From NCBI GenBank assembly GCA_030141605.1, contig JAQGDQ010002370.1, positions 27,167-91,166 of the forward strand: DNA of 64,000 nucleotides, in the 5' to 3' direction. This DNA comes from Tubiluchus corallicola (lineage: Eukaryota; Animalia; Priapulida). Within the stretch, counting starts at the first letter, position 1; the number at the start of each line of letters is the position of its first letter. Under the pieces are notes generated by a model. It made no database searches, had not been told where the DNA came from, and saw only the letters and a program-made list of their open reading frames with translations. Shown piece by piece: positions 27,201-41,947 of this stretch. Both the position numbers and the translations under genes were made by a program.

Positions 27201-30200
27201 TTACATTACATCTATTTTCCATCAATGAAGGCATCTGGCAGATGAAAACACCCAGAAGCAGGTTTTCTGGCAGTTACCATTTACTAATTAAATTTACCAT
27301 CCATTTACTAATCAAGCTCGTTGCTACTTAACTTTTGCAATTGTAGTGATCACAGTAATTACAACTCTGGAGTAGACTCTGCATGATGATCTGAAGATAA
27401 AACTTTCTTTATAACGAACATCGAAGAGTTGCCCATCAGAGAAATACTGATGTAAATACTGATAAAGCTTTCATTTAGGGAATGTTCATACTTACACAGT
27501 TGCGGCTATGGCGACACCAAGCATTTACATCACAGTCTGCTGCAAACCACATAAAATGGAATGTGACTACTATACACAATACTATACAGAAATTATTGCA
27601 TCAGGAATATAAAAAACGGGACAGATGCAAATTGCAGAAATAAATGAACACGCAACTTTAAATTTTCTGCAGACATCACATTGGTGACATTTATAGTCCA
27701 ATTAAGTACAATAAATTGAACAATACATTACTAATTAAACTTTTCCCATTTGTAGCTTACAGTATTTTGGATACTGGTGGCATTAAGGAAAATATTGTTT
27801 AAATTTCCGAAATGAGATTATTTTATTGGCATGAAACGTAGTTTCGCGTAATGAATCTCGAATTACTATACACACGTGACATTGCGCTTTGTTTTCAACG
27901 AAGTTTGATTAAGAAAACCAATTTTCAATTGAAGTGACAAATTCTTGAGGGTGTAAACTACTTGTAACATCTACGTAAATTTTTTTGTAATATTTTCCTC
28001 GTACTTTGCTTTGCCACTACGTTATGCTATAAATGATAAATGATTATTATTTATTAAAAACAATAAATTAAAATATTTGAAAGTTATAGAATGTATAGAA
28101 AGTTTTCAAACCCTGTTACTATAGCTGAGTTGAAAATACGTCTCGGGTTGTACTTTTCCAAATTGACAAATTGATTTGATTGCTGGAAGGCAAAATATGT
28201 CGTTAAGAAAATTATTAGCCAAATTATGATTAAGTCTGACTTCACTGCAAAGTTTGAAGTATTTCATTTTTATTTGGAGAATCGATCAGCTCACCCATGG
28301 GACTTTGGGCTCAGACGACTTTTAAGTGGTTTTAAACGTCAGATATTGATGTTTGCTTCCTGTGGCACATTTCTAAAAGCCAAATTTGCCTTACTGAAAT
28401 TCTCTGATGGGCAACTCTTCGATGAATTGTAGTCCGTTCCAATATTTATATAATCCTGCCGTACACAAAAGCTATTTGGGGCAAATTTTCAATCAGCCGC
28501 CCCATGGGGATAACAATCGATGGATTTTCTAAGAAAATTTGTTAGATGTACGCGATCATTGGTATGAATTCGCTTCTTCTGCAGCCCCAGTTTCCCTTAC
28601 AAGCGCAATCTGTCTGTCTGCTATAGAGATAACTTAGAGACACATATCCCTACACAGTACACGTATGTTTGCAGTTGACATAGTATGACTGTATGATATG
28701 TCATACTCAATGTATCCTATGGTCGAAAACATGTAGGGCGCGTGTGAATTTGCCTGCGAAGCTGGTATTAGCATGATTAATGACGTTTGAATATGAAGAT
28801 ACAATGCGCTTCATGTAAAAAACATCTTGGGCATTGCAAGTCAATTGGCTTGGAAAGCGTATAAAATGGCACTTACGAAATAATTTCAAAATTTTACACG
28901 ATTTTCAGTTAATAAATAATTAATAAATGTTAGTCAATTTCAGTTAATAAAAATAAAGCACTTCTTTTTAGAAAATTAACAAAAGACAAAAAAAATAACA
29001 TTAAATTTTAAGCGTTATTTCAGTTATAAAAGATGGAACCACTATGTATCTGTTTAGACTGAAGTTTTTCCATAAAATTTGGTAAGCTACTAGAAATTAA
29101 TTAAAAGAACTTCGAAGCAAACATTGCCGTATATAAACACATTTTACTTCAAGACCATCAAGTTAAATAGGCAACAGCTGAATGATCACGGCGAGCAAGT
29201 GAAGGATACCTGGCCAGGTCATTAACAAGGGCGAAACCCAGTAGATTGCATCTGGCCGATTTCATTTGCCATGCTGCTCACGCCTGTTTATCTCGTACAG
29301 GGAGTATGCAAAATATAGTATCTAAACGTGGCAAGAACGTTCAGTATTCAGTTCTGTATCTCATTTACAAGGATTATTTTTGATAATAAACTAAAATTTA
29401 TAAATCGGCTCTGTTGTTAAGTACTGTATTCCCACTGTATGAATTGCCCAGCTGTACGAAAAAATGTTTGCGGATAGCCTCAACAAGAGATTAAAGATAT
29501 TCCCTTGTGTCTTGATGATGATTGAATCAAAAGGTTTTTCAGATAAAAAATTCCTAGAATTGAATTGCCCAGAGCCAAAGACTTTACCTTCCCACAAAAT
29601 GACATTACCTGGGGATTACCTTACATCTTTGATCTTAGAGTAGCGTTAAAAGGGAAAATTCTTATACAGTCCATGTGAAAAGATCATACGTAATTCAAGT
29701 GGCATATTATATATGAGCAGGGAGATCAGTGGAAGTTTTAAATAATGATGATAATTTAGAAATGAATATTTGCGGCTGTAATAATTCTCGCGGATTCTCA
29801 CTGTTTTGAACAGTGCTCAGATAAATACGTGATACGCCAATAAAAGAAAAAGCATGCCGACACCCTACATGCTACACGATTTTTACTCCTTCCCCGCCGC
29901 CCACCCAAACAATTCCAAATTACATAAATAAAAATGCGAATTTCTTTGCATCAGTTAAACTGTTATGTGAAAATATGCCTAAATTTATTTCCAATGCCTT
30001 TAAAAATAAAGATAATTCAAGAAGATGTTTTTTCTTTGGGATGTGAGTAAGTTGGTCACACAACTTAAAATTGAACTCTGTGACCACAGTCATCATGAAA
30101 ATGTCAGGAAAGCAAACAGAGCGTTAGGATATTCAGGCATTTGAAGCGGTAGGCGGATTTCCGCCTACAACTCTACGTAGAAAACCTCGTCCAATTTTCT

Positions 30201-33200
30201 TCTACAAACAAGTATAAATGCAAACGAAAATTTTATATTTCAATGCTTGGCATTCAGTTCACAAAATGGCAGAAATCCCATGACAGCAACTCTCGACAAC
30301 GAAACCGTAAAACACCTGCAATCGTGCCTACGAATGCAAAAACCATCTAAAATGCTAAGAAAAGCTGCCATTTGTGCTGGGCCCTACGCGACATTTTCAT
30401 GTTGTAAAGACTGGGAAATGAATTTTGAAGTTCAACAATGGCACATTTGTAGTAACTCAGTGTCGCCGTGTATAGGGTCTGCAATTTAAAAAACAAAATA
30501 ATAGCCTTTCTTAGCTATAACAATTTAGACAGAATATTTATGCAGAGGTTTTACACACGTCGATTTTTCTTTCCCATCGGCAGGTGTAGTGCCCACAATT
30601 CTCATGCAAGCAAATGTCATTGTAAATATGACCTAGTGATCTAAGCCATCTCTGCATATTCAGCAGAATGCTCTTGGTTCAAATTCAGACTGCATGCCAA
30701 CTTTTTCACGTTTCCTGTTTTGTAAGTTTGGCATCAACGTTAATTAACTGTGGGTTTGTAACGTCATTTAAAGGCAATACTTTGCTCAGCTATGTAACTG
30801 AAAAAAAGGTAGCTATATAGCTGAAAAAGGCTCAAATAGAGTAAAAACGTTCTACTGATTTTGTTGCAAATACATGTATATTATTCATGTAATTCATGCA
30901 AGCTGTTGTTGATCCCTTATGCCACATAATTAATTACACTGGGCCTTGGTAAAGTTCCCAACTAAATGAAAAGAAAATGAAAAAAGTACTTGACTTGTCA
31001 GCACCAAGTCTGTTTTCCAGATTATCAGTAGGTAAATTAGCTGAGCAAAATATTTTTAGTGGTGCAACCATCACCTTGCTCAGTGTCATGACCATGTCAC
31101 GGCAATAATGAGCAAGAGCTGCTAATTATATCATAAAGTTCCTTCCACAGCGGCAAAGCCTTTCCTTGTTTTACAACGGAGGATAATAAATCTAGAATGC
31201 TTTCTGTAGCCCGGTAAAAGCTTTCATATCTGTGTACTATTACCAGAGTAGGGCGCTTGAGGCGTGAAAATCAGTGAGATCAATAAAAGCGCACAATCAT
31301 ACTTGAATTATAAATATTTCTAGCACAAGAAAACTGTCTAATATTAGGCCATTTGTTTATGCCAATGCCGAAGACTTACCAGGTGGTTTGAAAATTCACC
31401 TGATGATTAATAAATTAATTCTTTTAACTTTACGACTATTACAAAAGTTAAAACTTTAGCGTTCACACTACGGCTGTAGGCGTATCCTTTTTTATAGTGA
31501 CCGTTTCAAAAATGTCCGTAAATTTATTAAATGTTTAATTCGGTTAGCTTGTTGTTGGTCAAACTGTTCATTTTTTTAATAAAGGAAATTAAAAATTCGC
31601 AAGTTGGATCACAAGCAATAATGTAATTTCGTGATTTTAATCAGAAGCTATAGTTTCTCTGTTATTCGTGACATAAATTGTTTTCAAAACACTGAAGCTT
31701 TTTTATTTGAACAACATTTTAATGCTATTTACACTTTTTCATGAAAAAGTATTTATACTTTTTCCTCATACAAAAAACTTTAACAACAAATGTAATCACA
31801 GGGGTGGCAGTGTTATAATTTATAAAATGCATAAAATACATGTATAAAATACACATACAAAGTTTGCTGCCGATAACTGTTTTTACTTCAAAAGCAGTGT
31901 AGAGCACAAATAACATGATTGGAGACTTGGCTAATTAATCATTTATGACATGCTCAATTCCTTACTAACATTATCACGCAAAGTTTCAGTGTTATTTTTA
32001 TCTAATAGCATGCATATGCGTTTACCTGACGGGTTATGATAAGTGGATGTGAGGCATGGTATGCTGATGCACTGCCTTTACGACATGGGTTTACACTTCT
32101 TTATCACTACGCTTTTGGGGTGCATTTGTGTACTTACAGTTTTTCCACGTGCAATCGAAAAAGACGATTCAAGTGTACAGTAATATATACAAAATCATTT
32201 ACCAATGAATGAAAAGCATGAAAACTCCGCCGTCCATCCAGTTTCATTACTCTGGGTAATTTTCATGTTTTTCACTATTTGCTGTTGCATTGGAGTACAG
32301 GGCACTGGCAAGTAATTGCGGCACCTTACACGCTTTTATTTACACTAGAAAGCTCATGAATGTAGCATGAGCTTTTCCTGCGCAGAAATTTCACAGCAAC
32401 GCTATGTAAAGGGTAAAAAACTGCAGCTCCATAGTCATTTTTGACAAATGTGTCATTAAGCTAAGATGTAAATTAAATTTGCATTCCAGAACATTTAAGG
32501 ACAATTGTTGATACAGATAACTTCACTTAAAATCGCCGAACTGGTTTCAAAATTTCGAAAAGCACTTGCAGGCCAAACGTAGTTGTATTACTAAACCAAA
32601 ATGGTCAGACTTTGAGTTCACGCAAATAAATTCATGCAGATGATTATAATTTCATTTACTATTATTCGTCTACAGAATCCCGTTCACTATACGTACTAGT
32701 TTTAATAAATACTCTAGTTAATTTGCTTCATTGCAGATCACATTAAATTTTTGGTCTTTTCTGTGCACTGACATACAATTCAACTCTGCTACCATTTTTA
32801 CAGATGGCCAATAAAAATCATTTAACTAAACACGATTTAAAACGGTATATATGTTGAAATTAAATAAAAAAATTTAGATTACACATATAGGAATTTTGAA
32901 CGATTAACCATCATCTACGAGTCGTCACACTACAGCCCACTCGTGTGCTAATCATCAACTTCAATCGCAATGAAACAAAATGTATTTGAAAACTTAGAAA
33001 TCAACTTTGTTGAAAGTGTTCCACGGCACTTATTAAGCATAGAAATCAAAACTTTAACGTTAACTACATTCATTTACTTAAGCTGTTAAAACGTGTATTT
33101 AATGTGTGTATGTTGCCATTTAAATTAAAACAGTGAATGTTAGAAATTATTATACGCGAGCAGCGGGATCTAAGGGAACCTGTACATTGATTACTTTTAT

Positions 33201-36200
33201 TTATGTTAGACATCCATTTTTAATTTATATTAACTCGCAAAATTAGAGGGACAGGGTTACAAAACCTGCAACCTGTTACTCACCTGGGGTAAGAATCAAA
33301 ATCTTCTTACAATAGTACGGTTAAAAAGCAAGGGTTGCTTAAAAACCTAAGAACGGAACCAGAATGTGAAACTTACCGCAAATTGCAAACTCCTCACAGA
33401 TGAGTAAACTGCAGTGGCCAGGCCAAGTCAAGTGATAATTAGTCACAAGCACCGTGCATACTGTCGGTCAATCAACCACGAGCATAATAATCTAATAATT
33501 TGCACTTCTACACACTCTCATGCTTAAGGATTTGAATCTGAATTTATGGAGGCTTGTTTTTTTATTTTTCGAGAATGTTCGCCCTCACCCAAGATTCACC
33601 TCAGGCTGCGAGTGTCTCGGCCAATACGCTATTGAAACGCAAAAATATAGGCAATAAGCAGCAACTCTCCACATTACGCCAAATTACGCTTCCTTCACTG
33701 GGTTGTTACCCTAATAATTCGCCATTCATCCGTCCGTGGCACATAATTTCATGAAAACGTTTTTGCGTGATATTATGAGTGTTTAGAAAGAGATGGACTT
33801 CAAAAATCCGATACGTCCAGATTTACAGTTTGTTGCAAAAAGTCAAAGTGTGGACACGTCTTGAGCAGTGTTAAGAGCGTATCTGAACTTATTTCCGCAT
33901 TTACGGTTGCCTAATAAGGTTTGTAATATGCTGTCAGACATGAAGGACTTGTACGAAAACGAAAAATTTCAATTGTTGCTGACGTTTAAACTGTTCAAAA
34001 CGAAAAATGTGGTACCAGTATCCTAGCTGCCATGCAAAAATTCCATGAAAAAACTTTACGTTGTTGACACTAACTTGACTGATACTTTCAGAGTTGCCTT
34101 AGTTGCTGCAAGGGTAACTTTTTCTGCAGACACCACATTAAGATATCTTTGTATAAAAATTAGCCTACTAGTACTAGAATACTACTATCAATTTCCATAA
34201 TTATTGTATGTTGTATTCGCCCAAGTAAAAAAAAAGCAGGCGCGAGTAAATTATCAAAAGGCGACCAAAGATAGTTTGAGCATTTGTAATGACGTACTTT
34301 CGGAGCCGCGGCAAGCGGCTTTAATGGTATTTGTAAGCTTTGAAATACTCTTGTGCTTCCGAGATGCCAATTAAGGACGGTAATTGAACATCAGCCAGTT
34401 GTGGCCCAAATCCCTGGAGCTTAGCCTATGTAGATCAGATGGGATTATAGTTTACACTGAACCGTCATACATTAGTCAAATAAGGTTACGATAAGAAAAT
34501 GGGAGGCACATGAAATTCTAAATTTTAAGCAATTTCAATAGGAAAACTGACGATAAAATGTGTAACAAGTTAGCTTTTCTATGTAGACAAATAAAAAATT
34601 CAGTAAGGCAACGGCTAATTGGTTGATTTTAATGCCCTTGACCTGAAAGTGAAAGGTCACCTGTTATGCCTCACAATGCAGTTTAATTAAGTGGCTTCAC
34701 GCTGCATTATTTACAAACCAATAACGAGGCTATACAGTTAGCAAATATATGAGTGACGTCTTCCATACAATGTTCATTTGCATAACATTCACGAGTGAGT
34801 AACGTCGATAATTTATGCTAGACGGTGCTTCGGGCAAACGCAGAAAACAGGATGCTTAGGCACACAATCTAACTCTACGTCGATGTTCTTTTCTTGCCTC
34901 AAGCATCGGATTACTGAGAAAGTCCAATCATCAATACACCGAGCAGTTCAGATGCGTAAATCACATGTGAACAGTCGATCCTGCCAAATTGAACTCAACG
35001 CACGATTTCATGGGTTGCTGTTAGTGCTAACCTTTAAAAGGGCAGATTGGAATCAGGCTATTTTCACTCAGCCGCTCAACTTTATTTTATAGGCTATTTT
35101 TAAGGACAGTATTAATGATCAGTACATCCACGCGTTTAAGGGAGAGAGAAAGGGAAGGGAAGTGCAAATAGATGCAGCGGGAAGAGAAGAAAGACGGCAA
35201 TGTAAATAGTTTAAGAAGACTGCAAAAATAATACAATTCAATACAGGAAATAATATGCAGAAAAAGACAAGCAAGACAAAAAACAGTCATAATATTGGCT
35301 TTATTTGGTGGGTTCATTGCTACTGTAGATGTGTTGATACTCTTGTTTCATTGATCAACACTATCTGACTACAATTCTCAATATACATCCTAAGTGAGAT
35401 GCATCAACCACGCGCTGATTTATTCATGAAGTGTAGAATATAGATACAGAGGAATAAATATAGTAAGAGCAGCCACCTGATAACCTGACCAAACTATTAT
35501 GTGTTTATCGACAATCTTCTGTGAGAATAAGCTGTGAGATGGCTTGGTGTACGATTACGTTGTTTGGACGCACAGTCTTAGTAGACTCAGTTCGAGGGAA
35601 TCACTAACGTAAGTAATATATGGGGAGAGGAAATCAATACGACCACATATTATTTTTCATTTACCTTTCATATGATATTCGACAATTTTGCCATCCCATG
35701 GGGAAAGTCTTAAACGTAGACGCTGATAAAGCTTTTCACTTCTTCAATCAGTATTCTACCAATTTCAAGAGTTGAAAACTGTATAGTTATCAGTGTGGAA
35801 AATACAAACTATTGCCATGAAAACTAGCTTTTCGGATAAACGTAATCTGGCGAATAACATGTCGAAAATGTTTCGAAAATAATAAGTGCGCTGAATTTAT
35901 TACTACCACGGCACACGTTACTGTTATTAGTTCGTTCATAGTCATAACAAATTTCACTGAATGAAAAAGAAGTGTTGCTGCATTGTTTAAATGACTCTTT
36001 GCTTAAAATTTTTGTTAACATCTGTTAATATGTTCCAATTTAATTTGTTGAGTGAAACTTGATTTTGTATTGCAGGAAAGTATAGTCAAAGGCTATAATC
36101 TTCAAAATAGCGTATAAAAACTTAGCTTTTATGATTCTACTGACATTCGGCAAATTTACATTTTTGTCTGTTACTGAAAAATTAGATTTATCTGAGGCAA

Positions 36201-37129
36201 TAAGCATACGATTTCTTGTGTTGCAAGATGCCACCAGCTGCATCACTTCTGATATTCAGATGCAAATCTTGCAAATGCAAAGGATAGTCTGGAAGGGTGA
36301 CGAAAATAGAAACTGTAAAACAATGGGTAGTATGGAGTGTGAGAGCGACTAAGAAGCGACATCAGTTAAAAGACGAGAGAAAGAAAGTCGAAAGGAGAAA
36401 GAGAAATATCAAAGCAATGATAAAGGAACAGATGTTAGAAGAAAGCATTGAGAACTTTTGTACTTATACTATAGACTGAAAATCAGGACACGTCCTAGCT
36501 CTTTTTCGTTCATTTCATAACTTCATTGATTTTCTTTGTTCGATCAATTTACCCAATGCCTATACCCTATACATGTATTCAAGACACATTGCAAATGGGT
36601 GGATTACAGGTTTTAAGTACATCGATTAATTTTACCGCCTTCATTCAAAATTGTCAATTACTATATCACTCATTTCTAGGTAATTTTATATTTAGCATAC
36701 TTTTAATTTTAACACTTACCAATAAGCTGTTTTCTTGTATTATTAGTTTGCGATTTATTGCAAATTTTTAAAAACTTTAATTGTACTATTTTAAACTATT
36801 TTGGAAGATAAAATTTCTAAATATGCAGAGTTTTAATTTTGCAATCAAGCCGTGTGTTAGCTCAAGTCACATAGGCCGCCATTTGAACACAATGCTAAAC
36901 CAATATTTTTCGCAAAGATGTAATGCCTCTTTGACAAGAAATGATCAAGTAACCACTTCTAAAGACATGGATTTACAGAAACACTTCTTGGCTCTTTGAA
37001 TTATGTTCAATGCTCTAGGTTTAGACCAAACAGTTTAATCGATCTTAGCTTCTTCTAATAGGATAAATGCGTTCTAACTTACTAAAACAACTTTTAGTCT
37101 GATCTGTTAAGGCCAAATTTTAACGAAAT

Positions 37130-37785
37130 GGAGACTGACCAGACACAGCTACCAAACTTTCAGGAATGATTCTTTAGGTCATTCTAACGGCGTTTTGGCG
37201 ATCTTAATAAAATTTTGCACTTCGGCCCGCTGTCCCGTGATACTAAAAGGTCACGAAATAGTCCACTTTGGAGGCTTATAATTCCAAAACGTTTACAGAT
37301 AGACACTTATGTACTATTAGGGGCGAATAGGAACTTAAATGTGGGCTTTCTTTTGGTAGTACGATTAGTGACATTGGAACACTCGAAATGGCCAAATTAC
37401 ATCATTGGTACCCCTCTATCCATTTCACAAAATCAATAGTCTGGTCTATTAGCTGAAAAAAGAGAACTGACTGGATACAGCTGCCAAACGTTTAGGAAAG
37501 TTTCTTTGAACCATTTTAATAGCGTTTTTGGGCATTTTTATAAAATTTTGCATTTTGGCTTACTGTCCCAGGACACTAAAAGGTCACGAAATTGTGCTTA
37601 GGAACATGCACTTTGGAGGCTTATAACTTAAAAATGATCACAGATAGACTCTTCGCTACTATTAGCAGGGACGAACAGGAAGTGTTATGTGCGCTTTCAT
37701 TTGGTAAAATGATTAATGATATGATCTAGGAACACACGAAGTGACCAAATTACGTCATCAGTACCCTTTAGCCAGTTCGCAAAAT
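37130..37785. repeat. Two diverged tandem copies (~330 bp) of a probable interspersed-repeat unit
   Basis: ACTGAC..GA.ACAGCT.CCAAAC...TAAAATTTTGCA...CTAAAAGGTCACGAAAT...CACTTTGGAGGCTTATAA...CCAAATTAC.TCAT..GTACCC occurs at ~37133 and ~37466. Confidence 0.8.
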
Positions 37786-40700
37786 AAATTATTTGTACCT
37801 AACTTGCAAGCGAAGCCACAAAATGTTACGAAATGTATTATGGACCAATAAGAAATCGGCCATTTGCTACAAGAATTTTGTGTCTAAGTTGTACGCCAGG
37901 GGCAGTGACGACGTCATCGGCACCCTTGTACCATGGACCAAATTCAGATCATCTTATTTTTTCGTAATATATGTCATTTACATTCATGCAAAGTGTGTTA
38001 ATTATCTATATTAGGTAAGTTACATTCAGTCTGAGTGTGTGTCCCATCAACGAAGATACGGGACTAAGCACCCTGTCCCGAACATCATGGCTGCTTTACC
38101 CGAGAAATTAATTTACAGATAACCATTAATAATCTTAAAATACATCAAATGACGATAACAAAACGAGAAATTGAATGCGCAGCTTTTTGTCCAATAGCTA
38201 GTTTACTAAGTGTACTAATTAACTGTAGTCAATTATCTATCTACAGCTTGTGTCGATTTCATTTCAAGTTGAATTTATGAGTCCATTGCAATTTCTGCTG
38301 CATATTGTTCGTGTACATACTCTTGACTATGCGCTCGATCTTTTCACCAGAAAATTTTTGAAACAATAACTTCTTTTTCATACACCAAATTACTAGTTTC
38401 ATCATCTTCACAGCCATAACTCTGTCTGATTGCAAATAGTTCTTTGACGAATCTTTTGCCGTTCAATGTTCACCAGCTTTTTTACCTTGTTTTTCCCGTA
38501 TTATGGCCCTGAAAGCTTCTATTTTTATAGATTTATTTGTCATAATTAGATGCGCTTTTGCAAGAAATTTTTTTATAAAATGAAGAGTCGTTACTTTCTC
38601 TGCTGCCACACAGTATGCGTACAATGTACACTGTACGCAAAAGCGGGTTAACATGCTAATGGTGTCTACAATAAAACGTTGAATAATGTAATCTTAAGAA
38701 GGCAGGTAAAGCAAAAATGGAAAGTATTTTGCTGCAAGAAGACAAGTTCATATTGGCGTCTATATATTTCGACAGGAGTATAACACAAGCAGTTTGTTTC
38801 AGCAAGTTAAAACGTTGTGCATTTATGTTATACACACACTATGTTATATTAGTATAATATTAGTATAGTATAGTACATTAGTATAATATATACAATTACT
38901 TATGCTAAAACTAATCTAAAAAATTTAAGAATTACTTCCAGAATTTGGCGCCCCAAAAAATTTGGCATCCTGGGCAAGTGCCTAATTTCCCTAGTGGTAT
39001 AGCTGGCCCTGCTTTCAAGCATAGCGAAGCTACTAAAAATTCGTTTTGTAAGTACTAAAATTCGCAGAAAAATGGGTATTAAATTGAATCGTTTACGTAT
39101 TGAAAACAATTGGTTATCGAACGGTTTAATGGACTGAAAAGAAAGACAATTTCAGCAATGTCGTCTGTTCAGTTGAGCTCCATGCTCTGCAGAGTATATC
39201 ATATGTATAATCTAAACAATTCATTCTGCCAATCCGCAACGTTTTTGAGATCAGAGAGAATTTTCAGGCGCATGCCAGTTCGGAGGACAAATAGAAAGAA
39301 GGAAGTGAAGCCATTTCAAAACAGTATTGACATTAAACTGAAACCAGTCAAAGTACTAGCAGGCTGGCTTCCTGTACAACAGACGATAAATTGGGGTCAA
39401 TGTGAATTTACTATATTGATCCACCTTGTGCAGACAATTTAGTCGACCTAACAAGGACAAGCCAATGGTCATCCAAGGGTAATTACCGCGACACAGATTG
39501 AACTGAGCTTATTTGTATTACAACCAGCTTTAATAACAGTTAGCAGTAGAGCTCACCAGTGAGTAATTTACAGACTCTCATTCCTATTAAAGTGAGCAAT
39601 AAACAATTTCTAATTAGAAGCCAGAATATCGGGCTTTGTGTTTCCTATGCGTTTTCTATTGGGAAAAATTCGTGAAAGCTAATTAACTGCCACATAAATT
39701 GAGCCTAGTTTCACAATGCAGCTGAAGCTACTGAGATGCGCAGTGTCAGTTACCTACGGCATAATAGAAACGCGTTTTAATTTGTCAGCAAAGGAGATTT
39801 CATTTTCGTGTGTCAGCTGCAAATCAAGCTAGCGACTGTAGAGCGAAATTTCGCCGGTGCCTTTATGAAATTCATAACGATAGTTCGCCAGCCGAGACAA
39901 TATAATTTAACGGCGGGTGTCGCATCAGAATCAGAGTGAAAGAAGAATGCAACTGAAGCTTTTAGCAAGACAGAAGAAAAAATAGCAATGAGAAATACAA
40001 GGATATTGAGCCATTTAAAGCAGCATAATTTTGATTGATATCGGTTTTGCCAATAAGCCAATAGCAGTGTGATAAAAAGTTCAGTCCTTAATAACGATGG
40101 TGCTACAGTATTTTTCAGTTTAAGGAAGTTGTGAGCAAAATGGTCAGTAACTTCACTAACATAATGATATCATATTAGGCATGACAGATTTTCAAATGGT
40201 TTTATCAACGCAAGTCAGACTACCGAGAGTTTCACACGGCACAGACTCACACTTAAATTCCCAGTTATTTGAACGTAAACACCATATTAAATAAATTAAA
40301 ATAAAGTTTGCCACTTCAATGAATCTTAGATGTGATTTTTTGATCAAGTAATTAATGATAAATGACTCATAACAATCACTAATTAACCACATAAAATATC
40401 ATTATATCAGAATAAAAGTACTTGGTATATGTAACTAAGAAGAACGTCCAGATCATGAGGAAAATTATTGATTGTCTACAAAATATTATTTTTAAAGCAA
40501 GATTTTGTGAGTGTAAGATGTCACAGATATTCCTCAATTTGGCTCAGAATCTACCACGTATTTATAGGTCCTAATACAACATACTTTGATACTAAAAGGG
40601 CACAATTCACAGACTTTTAAAAGCTATTTCAGAAACAATGCAAACTAAGCCTGCAATAACAAAAGCCACTCAGAATTTCGGAGAACTTTTGCTGTCTTAA

Positions 40701-41947
40701 TCAAGTCAGTAAATAGATGCGTACGAGAATAACATCAAAGTTTGAGAAGTAATTTAGAAATATTGCGTTCGTATATAGTTGGATGAAAGCTTGGTAAAAA
40801 CAAACGTGCCTGAATTTCTCTGCTTTTAAATATCTGTCTAATTGAGGTTTCTTTATCGATACTGCAGCTATCTCAAAAACAGATATCACTGAAAATAAAA
40901 CTACGATATCACAAAAGTCAAACTATAGGAACGTCTATTACCGTCAACCTACGTTCTTAATTTAAAAATAATAAAAGGCCAAAACCATTATACAAATTTA
41001 TCTGGATTTACGCTTTCAGAGACGTTACACTTTCAACTGCTGTATAGATGGGACTGCTTTTCAAGAGTCCTGATTTACAAAGCCCAAGAAGGTAAACATG
41101 GCCAAAGAAGAAGAGTTGTAATAAGCAGTGACACATAAAGGGTTACGCAGATGTTTTGCTGTTCAGAAAATTTCATATTGATCTGCGTCAGTCACCCATG
41201 AGATCTGGGTAAAATATGTGTATGGACTTCTAAAACTCCTAGAATGAAATGAAACACTGTAGCTTTGACCTAACATGGCTTATTTAAAATAACCAGCTGC
41301 CTATCTATTATGCATTGTCACTGTGCAAAATTATACATAAAATTTAGTAATTTTGTAAGGCAGTCAACAGTTGTGCAATGAGCTGAACAGTTTAAGTACT
41401 GACTGAAAATAAAAAAAATGTTTGTTGTTTTGTCAGCTAATTTCTACTGTAATGCACTGGATAATCAGCTTTCTGTCACTTATACATTTTAAACAGGTAG
41501 TATCTTTGTATAGAAGAATATATACTGCTTGCAGTTTGTGTGTTCATAAGAAGCTTTATGTTCGCAGCCGCGTGATTTTACTATAACGAGCCTCACAAAT
41601 TCGTTGTAGAGTGGAGGAACGTGATTATTCACATTATTATTATGCTTTCAATATGCAAATTGCCTTCATTACTGAATTCACACACAAGGAGTTATCAGAA
41701 AGGTGTTGTGAAAAGCACAGTTTTTGATGCATTGGTGCTCAAATATAATTTTCAGTCCAGCGACAACATTAATTAGCTTCTGATCAATTCTTGTGACGGC
41801 ATTACTGCCAACTAAAAGAATGTAATTTGTTCACTGAAGATGATACGATTTTGAAAATGTCAATTTGAGAATTGTATTGGCAAAAGCATCTATTGATCAA
41901 AAATAATGGCTAAATCAGTAAATGTTTTTTGTTGGTTTTTGCAGACA

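Noticed and set aside
30030-30055. Minus-strand TYSHPKEK as the missing CDK5RAP1 TSPHPKDF exon
   Set aside because: Only a partial match, with no flanking similarity or suitable splice sites.
41906-41947. ORF-track start (MAKSVNVFCWFLQT) for the LRR protein
   Set aside because: It reads through a polypyrimidine tract and CAG acceptor; ATG 41948 gives a better signal-peptide-like N-terminus.
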